Assembly (NCBI GenBank): GCA_947501445.1 | Contig: CANMVS010000020.1 | Location: 12,310-76,309 of the forward strand | Length of the DNA: 64,000 bases | Direction: 5' to 3' | DNA from: an uncultured Rhizobiaceae group bacterium | GTDB taxonomy: Bacteria > Pseudomonadota > Alphaproteobacteria > Rhizobiales > Rhizobiaceae | Shown here: positions 10,262 through 20,507 of the stretch, piece after piece | Layout: every line of letters starts with the position of its first letter | How positions within the stretch are numbered: position 1 is the stretch's first letter | The notes under the pieces: generated by a model | Database searches by the model: none | What the model was told of the DNA's origin: nothing | Seen by the model: the letters and a program-made list of their open reading frames with translations, nothing else | Program-made: the position numbers and the translations under genes

Positions 10262-11053
10262 TCAGTCGAATTGGCCCGGATCAAATGCGTGGACGTCCTG
10301 CAGCAGTTCAATAATACCGCTGGCGCTGTGATCAATGAGCCGTTGTCCTTTTTGCGCGGTGGCTTTGGTGGCGTCACCTGCGGCGCCTTGCCTATTGAGG
10401 TCAGACATTTTCCAGCCGAATGCATGGGGGCCATAGGCACGCAGGTGCCTGGCAGATTGAGCCAGATCGTGCTGGAAGGAAGTGAAATTCCTGGCCTTTG
10501 CCATATCAACAAGGTCTGGTCGAAGCGCAAGCATGACCGATGTCTCGATGTCACCGGCATGAATTCCAATCGACTTTTCTTCTGCGGTGATGGCGTTGTC
10601 GGGCAAACCAAAACGTGTCCAGCTGGTTGCAACTGCCAACATATTGAAGCGAACGCGGGCTTCTGTTGCAACGATCGTCATGAGTGGTGCATTGCCACCG
10701 TGGGCATTGAGCATGACGAATTTTCGCACACCGCTTTGATGCAGCATGTCTGCTTTGGCAATCCACCGGTTGATTGCCTCATCCCAGGCCAGGCTGCGGG
10801 TGCCTGAAACGTCCATATGTTCAATCGAATAGCCCGTTTCTTCGACGGGAAGAAATGTAACCGGCAAATTCGGCGGCTTACTTGTAATGACGGCGTCAAC
10901 GATGCCCCGTGCTATGATTGTATCGGTTTCCAGAGGCAGGTGTGGACCATGCTGTTCATGCGCCCCAAGTGGCAGGACGGCTATCCATGAGGCCCGCTCG
11001 GTGCTGGTCACCGGGGGATCATTATCGCGCCAGTAGGGAGCGGGCATTGTCAT
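10262..11053 (-). CDS. Creatininase (creatinine amidohydrolase) family protein
   Basis: GAHEQHGPHLPLETD, SIEH, NAHGGN, HAGDIETS metal motifs. Confidence 0.92.
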   Translation of the reverse strand: MTMPAPYWRDNDPPVTSTERASWIAVLPLGAHEQHGPHLPLETDTIIARGIVDAVITSKPPNLPVTFLPVEETGYSIEHMDVSGTRSLAWDEAINRWIAKADMLHQSGVRKFVMLNAHGGNAPLMTIVATEARVRFNMLAVATSWTRFGLPDNAITAEEKSIGIHAGDIETSVMLALRPDLVDMAKARNFTSFQHDLAQSARHLRAYGPHAFGWKMSDLNRQGAAGDATKATAQKGQRLIDHSASGIIELLQDVHAFDPGQFD

Positions 11054-11213
11054 TGTGATTGTGATCTCCGCAGGAGTTCCTATGTATATCGAGATTAGGC
11101 TTTACTTGCTTTTACAATCAACCCGCAATGGGCTTTTGATTTATTGTCCTCAAACGCCTATAGTCTAATTGCTCAACTATACCTGTGACTTGCGGGTGAA
11201 TGAGGAGGCCAAC

Positions 11214-11684
11214 ATGGCCAAAAAAAGTAAATCCAGCGGTTCAAGTAAAAACGCTGAGGAAAAACTGGAATTATTCTCTCAATTGGCGGCGACAGCGCGC
11301 TATTCGCGTACCCTGTTATCGCGGCAATTATTGTCCAGCGGCCTTTATGCCGGTCAGGACGCAGTCATATTGGCACTGGCGGCCAATGATGGCCTCTCTT
11401 TGACCGCCATTGCCGAGCAACTGGGTGTGCGTGCACCAACAATGACCAAGACCATTAACCGGCTTGCAGCTCAGGGTTTTGTCGACAAAAGGGGTTCCCA
11501 GGCCGATGCCCGTCTGGCCCATGTTCATTTGACCGAGGCCGGTCAGGAAGCGGTAAAATCAGTACGCAAGGCGATCAAACGGTCACAAAGGATTGCCCTG
11601 GGTGAGATGAGCAACAAGGACACCAAAAATCTGGTGAAGCTGCTCAAGACGCTGGAAAGCAATATCGCCACCACGCTTGACTAG
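11214..11684 (+). CDS. MarR-family transcriptional regulator
   Basis: wHTH (AIAEQLGVRAPTMTKTINRLAAQGFV, DAR..HVHLTEAG). SD GAGGAGG before ATG 11214. Confidence 0.92.
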   Translation: MAKKSKSSGSSKNAEEKLELFSQLAATARYSRTLLSRQLLSSGLYAGQDAVILALAANDGLSLTAIAEQLGVRAPTMTKTINRLAAQGFVDKRGSQADARLAHVHLTEAGQEAVKSVRKAIKRSQRIALGEMSNKDTKNLVKLLKTLESNIATTLD

Positions 11685-11955
11685 GTTGGGTCTGTTGAGG
11701 ATCAGGATTGCAGCGTCGCAAGGTATTTGTCGGCCTTTGTCCATGCGTCTTTGCATCGGTACGCCATGTCCTGCCCCCTCATGAAACGGAATTGAACAAT
11801 CGTGCCCAATCCGGCACCATCTGCACTATTCTCAGCAGGTCCTGAGGCAGGTTGAAACCAGCCCTTTAAAAATTTTAATTTTCGTTTTAAAACACATAAT
11901 ACCTGTGGATGAGGACCGGCGTGTCTGTTGGCTTCAACAGATAGGCTGAGGGGAT

Positions 11956-12978
11956 TTGTTTTTGGGGCAGAAGGTAAAATTATCGACCATCGCTGAATCG
12001 CTTGGTCTTTCAACGGCTACCGTTTCACTTGCATTGCGAGACAGTCCGCTGGTTGCTGATGCCACCCGCGTCAAGATCAAGGATCAGGCGCTGGCCCTTG
12101 GCTATATCTACAATCGCCGGGCAGCCAGCCTGCGCACATCCCGTTCCGGGATTGTGGGTGTCGTCGTGCATGACATCATGAACCCGTTCTATGCGGAAAT
12201 TCTGCGGGCCATTGAAAGCGAGCTGGACAGGAGCCGACAGACGTTCATTTTATCTAACCATTATGATTCAGTCGACAAGCAGCGCAATTTCATTGAGACC
12301 CTGCTGCAGCTTGGTGGCGACGGGGTCATCATGTCTCCGGCCATCGGTACGCCTGAAAGTGATGTGCGTCTTGCAGAAGACAACAACATGCCGGCAATCC
12401 TCATTGCCCGTTCAATCGACAATGTCAGTTTGCCCACCTACCGTGGTGATGATGCCTATGGCATTGCCTTGGCAACTAACCACCTGATCGGTCTTGGTCA
12501 TCGCTGCATTGCCATGGTTGGTGGTACAGACCAGACATCAACGGGCCTGCATCGCTATGCCGGTTATGTTGAGGCTCTGGAAAAGGCCAATATCGAGGTT
12601 GATCCAAATCTTCGAATTCCCGGACCACGCACCAAACAGGCGGGCTTTGAGGCGGCTGTCAATTTTCTGTCTCTGCCACAAAAACCCACCGCTGCCGTGT
12701 GCTGGAATGATCTGGTTGCAATCGGTCTGATGAATGGTATCGCCAGAGCCGGTCTCATTCCGGGAAAAGATATCTCGGTTACCGGCTATGATGATCTTGA
12801 AGAGGCATCCATTGCAACGCCATCTCTGACAACCGTGTGGAACGGGCAGGCGGAAGTCGGACGCATGGCTGCCCGCGCGCTGCTGGATAAACTCAATGGG
12901 TCAACAGAAGCTGACGGGCTGCATCTCATCAAGCCGGAGATGCGCATTCGCCAGTCAACAACGCCACTCAAAAAGTGA
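11956..12978 (+). CDS. LacI-family transcriptional regulator
   Basis: LSTIAESLGLSTATVSLAL HTH, YIYNRRAASL hinge, periplasmic-binding-type core; TTG start at 11956 or 11962. Confidence 0.93.
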   Translation: MFLGQKVKLSTIAESLGLSTATVSLALRDSPLVADATRVKIKDQALALGYIYNRRAASLRTSRSGIVGVVVHDIMNPFYAEILRAIESELDRSRQTFILSNHYDSVDKQRNFIETLLQLGGDGVIMSPAIGTPESDVRLAEDNNMPAILIARSIDNVSLPTYRGDDAYGIALATNHLIGLGHRCIAMVGGTDQTSTGLHRYAGYVEALEKANIEVDPNLRIPGPRTKQAGFEAAVNFLSLPQKPTAAVCWNDLVAIGLMNGIARAGLIPGKDISVTGYDDLEEASIATPSLTTVWNGQAEVGRMAARALLDKLNGSTEADGLHLIKPEMRIRQSTTPLKK

Positions 12979-13104
12979 ATTGCACTAGCGGCAGACTTCG
13001 GATTGTCCCGGTAACAGTTGCGTGAAACATTGGTCGGCGAATTGAAAAAGGTGCTGATTTCTTTGCTTTTTTGGGAGCAGAGTATAGTGTGATGAACATG
13101 ATTT

Positions 13105-13205
13105 GGACCGTTTCACGTTTCGTCAGAAACAGGACAACGGTGTCGACCATTGATTTTTGTTGAAGCATTCGGGTTTTGCCGATTCCGTCAAAACCTGAAT
13201 TACGC
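13105..13205 (-). repeat. ~100 bp dual-hairpin intergenic repeat, copy 2
   Basis: Reverse complement reads CAGGTTTTGACGGAATCGGCAAAACCCGAATGCTTCAAC...GAAACGTGAAACGGTCC. Confidence 0.88.
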
Positions 13206-13259
13206 CAGGTACTTTCGTCAGCCACATCCGGCAAGATCAACTACAGCAGGAGCAAGTGA

Positions 13260-14366
13260 ATGCATCGTCGCTCATTTATCAAAAAATTGGGAACGACGGG
13301 CACAGGTGTTGCCGCTTCGCTGTCACTTGCAGCACCGGCCCTGGCGCAGGCAGAACCGAAATTCAAATGGCGTCTGTCTTCGGGGTTTCCCAGGCAATTG
13401 GATACGATTTATGGGGCCGCTGAGGTTTTTGCCGATTCGGTGCGTGAGAGCACCCAGGGCGGATTGGACATAGAGGTTTTTGGTGCCGGTGAAATTGTTG
13501 AAGCTCTGGATGGACTGGATGCGGTGCAAAAGGGCACGATCGATATTGCCCACACAGCATCCTACTACTTTTGGGAAAAAGACCCGACCTTTGCGTTTGG
13601 TACCGGTGTGCCCTTTGGTCTGAATCAGCGCATGACCAACGCATGGCTGTACGAGGGCGGCGGTCTGGATCTGATGAATGCGTTCTACCGCAACTACGAC
13701 ATCATCAGTTTTCCCGCTGGTAATACCGGCGCGCAGATGGGCGGTTGGTTTCGCAAGGAGATCAATGCGCTGGAAGATATGAAAGGGTTGAAATTTCGCA
13801 TCGGCGGGTTTGGTGCCCGTATTATCGAGAAACTGGGTGTCGTTCCGCAAAACCTGCCCGGAGACCAGATATTCAAAGCCTTGCAGGATGGGAAGATTGA
13901 TGCGGCTGAATTTGTCGGTCCCTATGACGATGCAAAATTGGGTCTTAATCGGGTTGCACGCTACTATTATTATCCAGGCTGGTGGGAAGGCGGCGTCGCG
14001 CTGCTGAACATGATCAATATCAATAAATGGAACATGCTGCCGAAACACTATCAGGCTATTGTGCGCAATGCATCGGCTCTGGCCAATTCTGTCATGATGG
14101 CCCGCTATGACACATTCAATCCGCCCGCTTTGCAGGAGCTGGCAACCAGCGGAACTGTCCTGCGTCCCTATTCGCACGAGATCATGACGGCCTGTTTCAA
14201 AGCTGCCGAGGAAACATATGCCGAGATTTCCGAAGAGAATGTGCAATTCAGAACGGTGCTGGAATCCTATATGAAATTTCGCCGCGAAACCTATCTGTGG
14301 TTCCAGCGCGCTGAATATTCGCAGGATAGTTTTCTGATTTTACAGCAGCGTGCAGGCCGATTGTAA
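13260..14366 (+). CDS. Stand-alone TRAP substrate-binding protein (TakP-like, Tat signal)
   Basis: MHRRSFIKK signal, HTASYYFW, LKFRIGGFG, IDAAEFVGPYDD, YYYYPGWWE. Confidence 0.92.
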   Translation: MHRRSFIKKLGTTGTGVAASLSLAAPALAQAEPKFKWRLSSGFPRQLDTIYGAAEVFADSVRESTQGGLDIEVFGAGEIVEALDGLDAVQKGTIDIAHTASYYFWEKDPTFAFGTGVPFGLNQRMTNAWLYEGGGLDLMNAFYRNYDIISFPAGNTGAQMGGWFRKEINALEDMKGLKFRIGGFGARIIEKLGVVPQNLPGDQIFKALQDGKIDAAEFVGPYDDAKLGLNRVARYYYYPGWWEGGVALLNMININKWNMLPKHYQAIVRNASALANSVMMARYDTFNPPALQELATSGTVLRPYSHEIMTACFKAAEETYAEISEENVQFRTVLESYMKFRRETYLWFQRAEYSQDSFLILQQRAGRL

Positions 14367-14502
14367 GGCCCAAACAGGGCGATATTGCTGCGGCGCACAA
14401 TGGAATTCATTTGACCCGCGGTGTTCTGCACCCAAGATATGCACACAAAGCCAATAATTTGGAACGGTGCTGCCTGAAACCGGCTGCCCCGCAGAGGACT
14501 GT

Positions 14503-17500
14503 ATGACGCTGCACGACGTTTCGCTGGATGACAAATATGATCTGACCAAAGATCGCGTCTTCATTACCGGTACCCAGGCCATCGTTCGCCTGATGCTCAT
14601 GCAGAAGGAACGAGACAGAAGAGCGGGCCTCAATACAGCCGGCTTTGTTTCCGGCTATCGCGGCTCGCCGCTGGGTGCTCTTGATCAACAGCTTTTTGGT
14701 GCACAAAAGCACCTCCAGGCCAGTGACATTGTGTTTCAACCTGGATTGAATGAGGAAATGGCGGCTACCGCCTGTTGGGGAACACAGCAGACAGAACTGG
14801 ATGGCAAGGGAAAATACGACGGTGTGTTTTCCATCTGGTATGGCAAGGGGCCCGGTGTTGACCGATCCGGGGATGTGTTTCGCCACGCCAATCTTGCCGG
14901 CAGTTCAAAACACGGTGGTGTGCTCGCCCTGATGGGAGACGACCATACGGCCGAATCCTCGACCAATGCGCATCAAACCGAGTTTCAGTTTGTTGATACG
15001 ATGATCCCTATTCTCAATCCGGCGGGTGTGCAGGAAATCATTGATTATGGATTGTATGGTTTTGCCCTGTCCCGATTTGCCGGAACCTGGGGTGCGATCA
15101 AATGTGTCAAGGATAATATTGAATCAACACAGTCGGTCGAGGCCGGGCTTGATCGCATAAAAATAGTCCTGCCGGAGTTTGAAATGCCACCGGGCGGTCT
15201 GAACATTCGTGCCGGTGAACTTGACTTCATTGGTCAGGAGGTGCGTCTGCATGAATACAAGAAAGCCGCAGCAAGTGCCTTCATCCGGGCCAACGGGCTA
15301 AATCAGATTGTCTATTCCGGCGGTTCCAAAGCCAAATTGGGCATTGTCAGTGTTGGCAAAAGTTTCCTCGATGTCAGACAAAGTCTTTCCGATCTCGGGG
15401 TGGACGAGGCCGAGGCAAACAGGCTCGGCATTCGGCTGATGAAGATAGCCACTCCCTGGCCGCTCGAACTTGAAGATTTCCGACCATTTGTCGATGGTCT
15501 GGATATGGTGATTGTTGTTGAGGAAAAACGCTCCCTCATCGAAACGCAGTTGCGCGAGCATCTTTATGGCAGTGCCCATCAGCCGATTATCGTCGGCAAA
15601 CGCGATGAGCACAATGAATGGCTGTTCCCGGTGCGTGGTGCGCTGGACCCCAATGACATATCAGTTGCCATCGGCGAGCGTATTTTGCGGGTCATCGGCC
15701 CGTCGGAATCCATCGATCAGCGGGTCAAGCGTATCCGGCAATTTCAGGCCATGTTGTCTGATATGAGCGACGTTGCTGTCCGCACGCCGTATTTTTGTTC
15801 CGGCTGTCCCCATAACAGCTCGACCAAAGTGCCGGAGGGGTCCACAGCGGCAGCCGGCATAGGTTGCCATTTCATGGCAGTCTGGATGGATCGGGATACG
15901 CAAGGGTTCACTCAAATGGGGGGTGAGGGTGCCCAGTGGGTCGGCCAGCAACCCTTTACCCGGACCGAACATATTTTCCAGAACCTCGGTGATGGGACCT
16001 ATAATCATTCCGGTATTCTAGCTGTACGGTTTGCCCTGTCTGCCAAGGCGGATGTCACTTACAAAATTTTGTATAATGATGCCGTTGCCATGACGGGTGG
16101 GCAGCACCACGAGGGTGGTCTGACGGTTGATGCCATCGCCCGCCAGGTGCGCGCCGAGGGTGTGACGCGCATCGCAGTCGTTTCAGATGAGCCGGAAAAA
16201 TATCCAAAGGACATGGACTGGCCGAGCGGAACCACGTTCAATCACCGCCGGGATATGGATGCGGTCCAGCGCGAGCTGCGGACCATCAAGGGTGTAACAG
16301 TTCTTCTGTATGATCAGACCTGTGCCGCGGAAAAGCGCCGCCGGCGCAAACGCGGTACATTTCCTGACCCGGACAAACGTGTCATCATCAATGAACTCGT
16401 ATGCGAAGGGTGTGGAGACTGCGGTATTCAATCCAATTGTGTCTCCGTACAGCCGGTAGAAACCGAATTTGGCCGCAAGCGGCGCATTGATCAATCGAGC
16501 TGCAACAAGGATTTTTCATGCGTTGAGGGGTTTTGCCCGTCATTTGTCACTGTCCATGGTGCGAAGATCAAAAAAACCAGTGCTGCAGATCTGGACGGCG
16601 ATCCGTTGCAGGGCGTTCCTGATCCAAAATCCGAGCTTAAGAGTGATGGTTGGGCCTGTGTCATAACCGGCGTCGGTGGTACCGGCGTTGTCACCATCGG
16701 TGCTATCCTGGGCATGGCCGCTCACCTTGAGGGCAAAGGCTGCGGCATGATCGACATGGCCGGCCTGGCGCAAAAGGGCGGAGCGGTATTTTCGCATGTA
16801 CGGGTATCGCAGCGCCCTGAGGATATAACGGCCATTCGTGTACCTGCAGGCAAGGCTGATCTGGTTTTAGGTTGTGATCTGGTTGTGTCCGGTTCAGCTA
16901 AGGTTCTGGCCGCAGTGCGGGAGGGTGAAACGCTCTTTGTCGCCAATACGGCTGAGGTCATGCCGGGGGATTTTGCCCGAAATGCTGATTTTTCGCTGCC
17001 TGTGGAACGGTTAAAGCGCACGATTGTCAAAACAGCCGGAGAAGACCGCACCATTTATTTTGACAGCTCTGCCGCAGCCGTTCAGTTGTTTGGCAATGCC
17101 ATTGCCGCGAATATGTTCCTGCTTGGAATTGCTGCCCAAAAGGACGGGCTTCCGCTTTCACCAGCATCGATTGAAGCAGCGATCCGGTTGAACGGTCAGG
17201 CTGTTGACATGAATGTTGAGGCCTTTCGCTGGGGCCGCCGGGCAGCCCATGAACCGCAGTTCATCCGCTCATTGATGGACGCGGCCGGCGCTTCGGAGCA
17301 AACACAGGAAATGGCGCAGAACAGCAGTGAACGTATTACGCGACGCGAGACATTTCTCAGGGCCTATCAGGGCAGGTCTTACGCACGTAAATTCACCAGG
17401 CAAATGGACCGGGTTCGCCAGGTCGATGAAAAACTGTCCGATCAATCGGGTGAACTTACTGATGTTGTCGCCCGCAATCTTTTCAAGCTGATGGCGATCA

Positions 17501-17979
17501 AGGACGAGTATGAGGTTGCCCGGCTTTATAGCGATGGATCTTTTGCTGCACAGCTTGGTCAGCAGTTTGAAAGTTGGGATCGGCTGGAGTTTCACATGGC
17601 ACCGCCGGTGCTCTCTTCAACGTCCAAGGACGGACAATCCCAAAAACGTCAATTCGGCCCCTGGATGATGCGGTTGTTTCCCGTGCTGGCATCATTGCGC
17701 CGATTGCGCGGCACACCACTTGATGTGTTTTCCTACCAGCAGGACAGGCGGGATGAAAAGCGCCTGCTAAAGGAATATCTGGCGCTGGTGGATGACGTTT
17801 GCAAAGCCGTAACGGACGGTAATTATGCGGCGGCGATAGCTTTGCTCGATTATCCGCAGCGCATACGCGGATACGGCCACGTGAAAGCTGCGAGTATTGC
17901 AAGGGTAGAAAATGAGATAGTGGCGCTCAAAGCAGCGTTTTATGAAGCGCCTTTGTCTGTTTCACAGGCCGCTGAATGA
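14503..17979 (+). CDS. Indolepyruvate:ferredoxin oxidoreductase family protein (fused alpha-beta)
   Basis: GYRGSPLG, PYFCSGCPHN, GDGTYNHSG TPP motif, CEGCGDC/SCNKDFSC ferredoxin, GVGGTGVVT. Start refined to ATG 14503 with SD GAGGA. Confidence 0.94.
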   Translation: MTLHDVSLDDKYDLTKDRVFITGTQAIVRLMLMQKERDRRAGLNTAGFVSGYRGSPLGALDQQLFGAQKHLQASDIVFQPGLNEEMAATACWGTQQTELDGKGKYDGVFSIWYGKGPGVDRSGDVFRHANLAGSSKHGGVLALMGDDHTAESSTNAHQTEFQFVDTMIPILNPAGVQEIIDYGLYGFALSRFAGTWGAIKCVKDNIESTQSVEAGLDRIKIVLPEFEMPPGGLNIRAGELDFIGQEVRLHEYKKAAASAFIRANGLNQIVYSGGSKAKLGIVSVGKSFLDVRQSLSDLGVDEAEANRLGIRLMKIATPWPLELEDFRPFVDGLDMVIVVEEKRSLIETQLREHLYGSAHQPIIVGKRDEHNEWLFPVRGALDPNDISVAIGERILRVIGPSESIDQRVKRIRQFQAMLSDMSDVAVRTPYFCSGCPHNSSTKVPEGSTAAAGIGCHFMAVWMDRDTQGFTQMGGEGAQWVGQQPFTRTEHIFQNLGDGTYNHSGILAVRFALSAKADVTYKILYNDAVAMTGGQHHEGGLTVDAIARQVRAEGVTRIAVVSDEPEKYPKDMDWPSGTTFNHRRDMDAVQRELRTIKGVTVLLYDQTCAAEKRRRRKRGTFPDPDKRVIINELVCEGCGDCGIQSNCVSVQPVETEFGRKRRIDQSSCNKDFSCVEGFCPSFVTVHGAKIKKTSAADLDGDPLQGVPDPKSELKSDGWACVITGVGGTGVVTIGAILGMAAHLEGKGCGMIDMAGLAQKGGAVFSHVRVSQRPEDITAIRVPAGKADLVLGCDLVVSGSAKVLAAVREGETLFVANTAEVMPGDFARNADFSLPVERLKRTIVKTAGEDRTIYFDSSAAAVQLFGNAIAANMFLLGIAAQKDGLPLSPASIEAAIRLNGQAVDMNVEAFRWGRRAAHEPQFIRSLMDAAGASEQTQEMAQNSSERITRRETFLRAYQGRSYARKFTRQMDRVRQVDEKLSDQSGELTDVVARNLFKLMAIKDEYEVARLYSDGSFAAQLGQQFESWDRLEFHMAPPVLSSTSKDGQSQKRQFGPWMMRLFPVLASLRRLRGTPLDVFSYQQDRRDEKRLLKEYLALVDDVCKAVTDGNYAAAIALLDYPQRIRGYGHVKAASIARVENEIVALKAAFYEAPLSVSQAAE

Positions 17980-18125
17980 TAGTGCGGGCAGGTGACTACC
18001 GGCGCGGTATGGCATTGATATCTCTTGCATAAATGCAACTTTGATTACGGCGATACAATCTAGGGTTTTATATTTCTAAAACCTTCCTTAAGGTCTTTGC
18101 TGTAAGTCATTGCCTCATCACGGGG

Positions 18126-20450
18126 GTGATGTTTATGAGCGGTAAAAATAAAGAGCAAATTCCGACAGATGTTTATCTGTCCTTTGTTCGTTCGCTCTAT
18201 GAAAACCGAATGACCCTGCGCGCCGGAATGATTGCGCATGTTACCACCTGTGTGCTGATCTATTTCAAGGTTCAAGATCCGTTTTATCTGGTTTGCGGCG
18301 GGATAATTTTCTCATTGTGGGCGCTACGCGCGCTATCGATGCGGCGGTTTGATTCGGTTGAGTTCAGTGAGAGCGACAGCAAGCCGATCGCTCTTTGGGA
18401 AACCCGTTACATCATCGGTGCCGGACTAGTGACGCTGACGCTCGGCGTCATGACCGGTTACGCCTATCTGGTTTCAAACGATACATTTGCTGAAATTGCT
18501 GCGACATCGATAACCCTGGGAACAATGGTTTCTGTAGTTGGCCGTAATTTCGGCTCGAAAATCAATGTGGATGTCATTACGCTGGCCGCCTGCCTGCCAA
18601 TTCTGATCAGCCTGTTTCTGGTTGGTGATATTTTCAAGGCGATACTGGGCCTGTTGGTTGTGCCGCTCATCGTAACCACACGGGCAATGGCCAATGGGGT
18701 GCGCGATTTCCTTTATGACAATGTGATGAGCCATCGTGAAATTACCATTATTGCGGATCGCTTTGATACGGCGCTGAACAACATGCCGCACGGCCTTTTC
18801 ATGCTGGACCGCGACTGCCGCATTGTTGTGGCCAACAAGAAAGCCGCGCAATTGCTGTCGGTGCCAAAGCGGGAAGCATTGAGGAACCACACACTTGGAG
18901 CTGTTATGCGCTATGGTGTCGGGCGTGGCGTCATCAGTCAGGATAGGGCAACGATCATCAGGCAACAGCTTGACGCATTGGTGGATGGCCGCCAATCCCG
19001 GGCGCTGCTGTGTTTTAAACAAGACCTTTATCTGGAGTTCAGTGCAAAACGCCGCAAGGACAAGGGCGTTGTGCTGATATTTGAAGACGTGACGTCGCGT
19101 ATCCGGGCAGAGGAAAAGATCGTCCACATGGCGCGCTACGACAGCCTGACCGGTCTTTCCAATCGTGGCTATTTCTCCGAAATGATTGACGTTTGTGTCC
19201 GTGATATGAGCGAGGACGAAAAATTTGCTCTCATCGTACTGGACCTTGATGACTTCAAACATGTGAATGACACAAGCGGTCACCTGACCGGGGACCGGTT
19301 GCTATGTGCCATTTCAACCCGTTTGAGCGCCCTGGCAGATGACAACATCACATTGTCCAGGTTCGGTGGTGACGAATTCGTTCTCTTCGTGCGCAAGGTG
19401 AGAGATACTGCTCATATTGATCAATTGATGTCATCGCTGTTTGATTCCCTGCGCGGCACCTATCTGATCAATGGCAACAAGCTTTTTGTCAGCCTGAGTG
19501 CCGGCGTGGTGATCGGCTCCAAGCCAGAGTTCAAACTGGATGACCTGCAAATCAAGGCTGATCTGGCGCTTTATGAGACCAAACATCACGAGAAAAACAG
19601 CTGGACCATTTTCGCCGATGAGATGGACGAAAAATATACGCGGCGGCAAAAACTGAAATCTGCCCTGCGTGATGCTGTTCGCGAAAGATCATTTACGGTT
19701 GTTTATCAGCCGATGTTTACCGTCGACACCATTCAGGTGGCATGCTGTGAAGCGCTGTCACGCTGGTACCATCCAGATTTTGGCGCCGTATCACCGGCAA
19801 CCTATATTCCTCTGGCTGAGGAGATGGGCATTGTTGGCGAATTGACGCGACACATGCTTGAAGTTGCCTGCCGTGATTGTGCCAGCTGGTCCAATGGCGC
19901 GGCGGTTTCGGTCAATCTGTCTGCCAATGATTTGCGCAATCATAACATCATCACAATGGTGATGGATGCGCTGAAAAGCGCCGGGCTGGATGCCAGCCGC
20001 CTGCAGGTCGAAGTGACAGAGAGTGCATTTGTTCAGGATGCTGCGAAGGCCAAGGCGATCCTTGAAGACCTGCGTGCCAAAGGCGTGACAGTTGCCATCG
20101 ATGATTTTGGAACCGGCTACTCAAGCCTCAGCTACCTCAACCTCCTGCCATTGAACAAGGTCAAGATTGACCGTTCATTTGTGTCCAACATCACCAGTGA
20201 CCAGCGCACATTCAAACTGCTCAAGGGCGTTGTTCACCTGTCCAGAGAACTGGGGCTGGAAATTGTCGTCGAAGGTGTGGAAACGGAAGAGCAGCTTGAT
20301 CTGATCCGTTCAACAAATAGTGCAGACCTTATTCAGGGCTTCATCTTTGGAATGCCGATGCCAACCAGTGGTATTTCAGAACTGACGTCGAGCGGCATGT
20401 CGGGTAAACCCGTTACCTGTAAATCTCGCGGGTCTGCCCGCTCGCAGTAG
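18126..20450 (+). CDS. Membrane-bound PAS-GGDEF-EAL diguanylate cyclase/phosphodiesterase
   Basis: Hydrophobic N-terminal multi-TM domain, PAS (NNMPHGLFMLD), intact RFGGDEF with no RxxD I-site, intact EAL and DDFGTGYSSL. Confidence 0.94.
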   Translation: MMFMSGKNKEQIPTDVYLSFVRSLYENRMTLRAGMIAHVTTCVLIYFKVQDPFYLVCGGIIFSLWALRALSMRRFDSVEFSESDSKPIALWETRYIIGAGLVTLTLGVMTGYAYLVSNDTFAEIAATSITLGTMVSVVGRNFGSKINVDVITLAACLPILISLFLVGDIFKAILGLLVVPLIVTTRAMANGVRDFLYDNVMSHREITIIADRFDTALNNMPHGLFMLDRDCRIVVANKKAAQLLSVPKREALRNHTLGAVMRYGVGRGVISQDRATIIRQQLDALVDGRQSRALLCFKQDLYLEFSAKRRKDKGVVLIFEDVTSRIRAEEKIVHMARYDSLTGLSNRGYFSEMIDVCVRDMSEDEKFALIVLDLDDFKHVNDTSGHLTGDRLLCAISTRLSALADDNITLSRFGGDEFVLFVRKVRDTAHIDQLMSSLFDSLRGTYLINGNKLFVSLSAGVVIGSKPEFKLDDLQIKADLALYETKHHEKNSWTIFADEMDEKYTRRQKLKSALRDAVRERSFTVVYQPMFTVDTIQVACCEALSRWYHPDFGAVSPATYIPLAEEMGIVGELTRHMLEVACRDCASWSNGAAVSVNLSANDLRNHNIITMVMDALKSAGLDASRLQVEVTESAFVQDAAKAKAILEDLRAKGVTVAIDDFGTGYSSLSYLNLLPLNKVKIDRSFVSNITSDQRTFKLLKGVVHLSRELGLEIVVEGVETEEQLDLIRSTNSADLIQGFIFGMPMPTSGISELTSSGMSGKPVTCKSRGSARSQ

Positions 20451-20507
20451 AGCAGGTCAGAAATTCGTTGAGCCGACCCATTCGTGACCGGCACTTCATG
20501 GGCGTAA

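Noticed and set aside
11865-11892. TTAA clusters upstream of the LacI gene as a CtrA box
   Set aside because: Spacings are 5 and 8 nt, not 7; more likely an AT-rich promoter or LacI operator.
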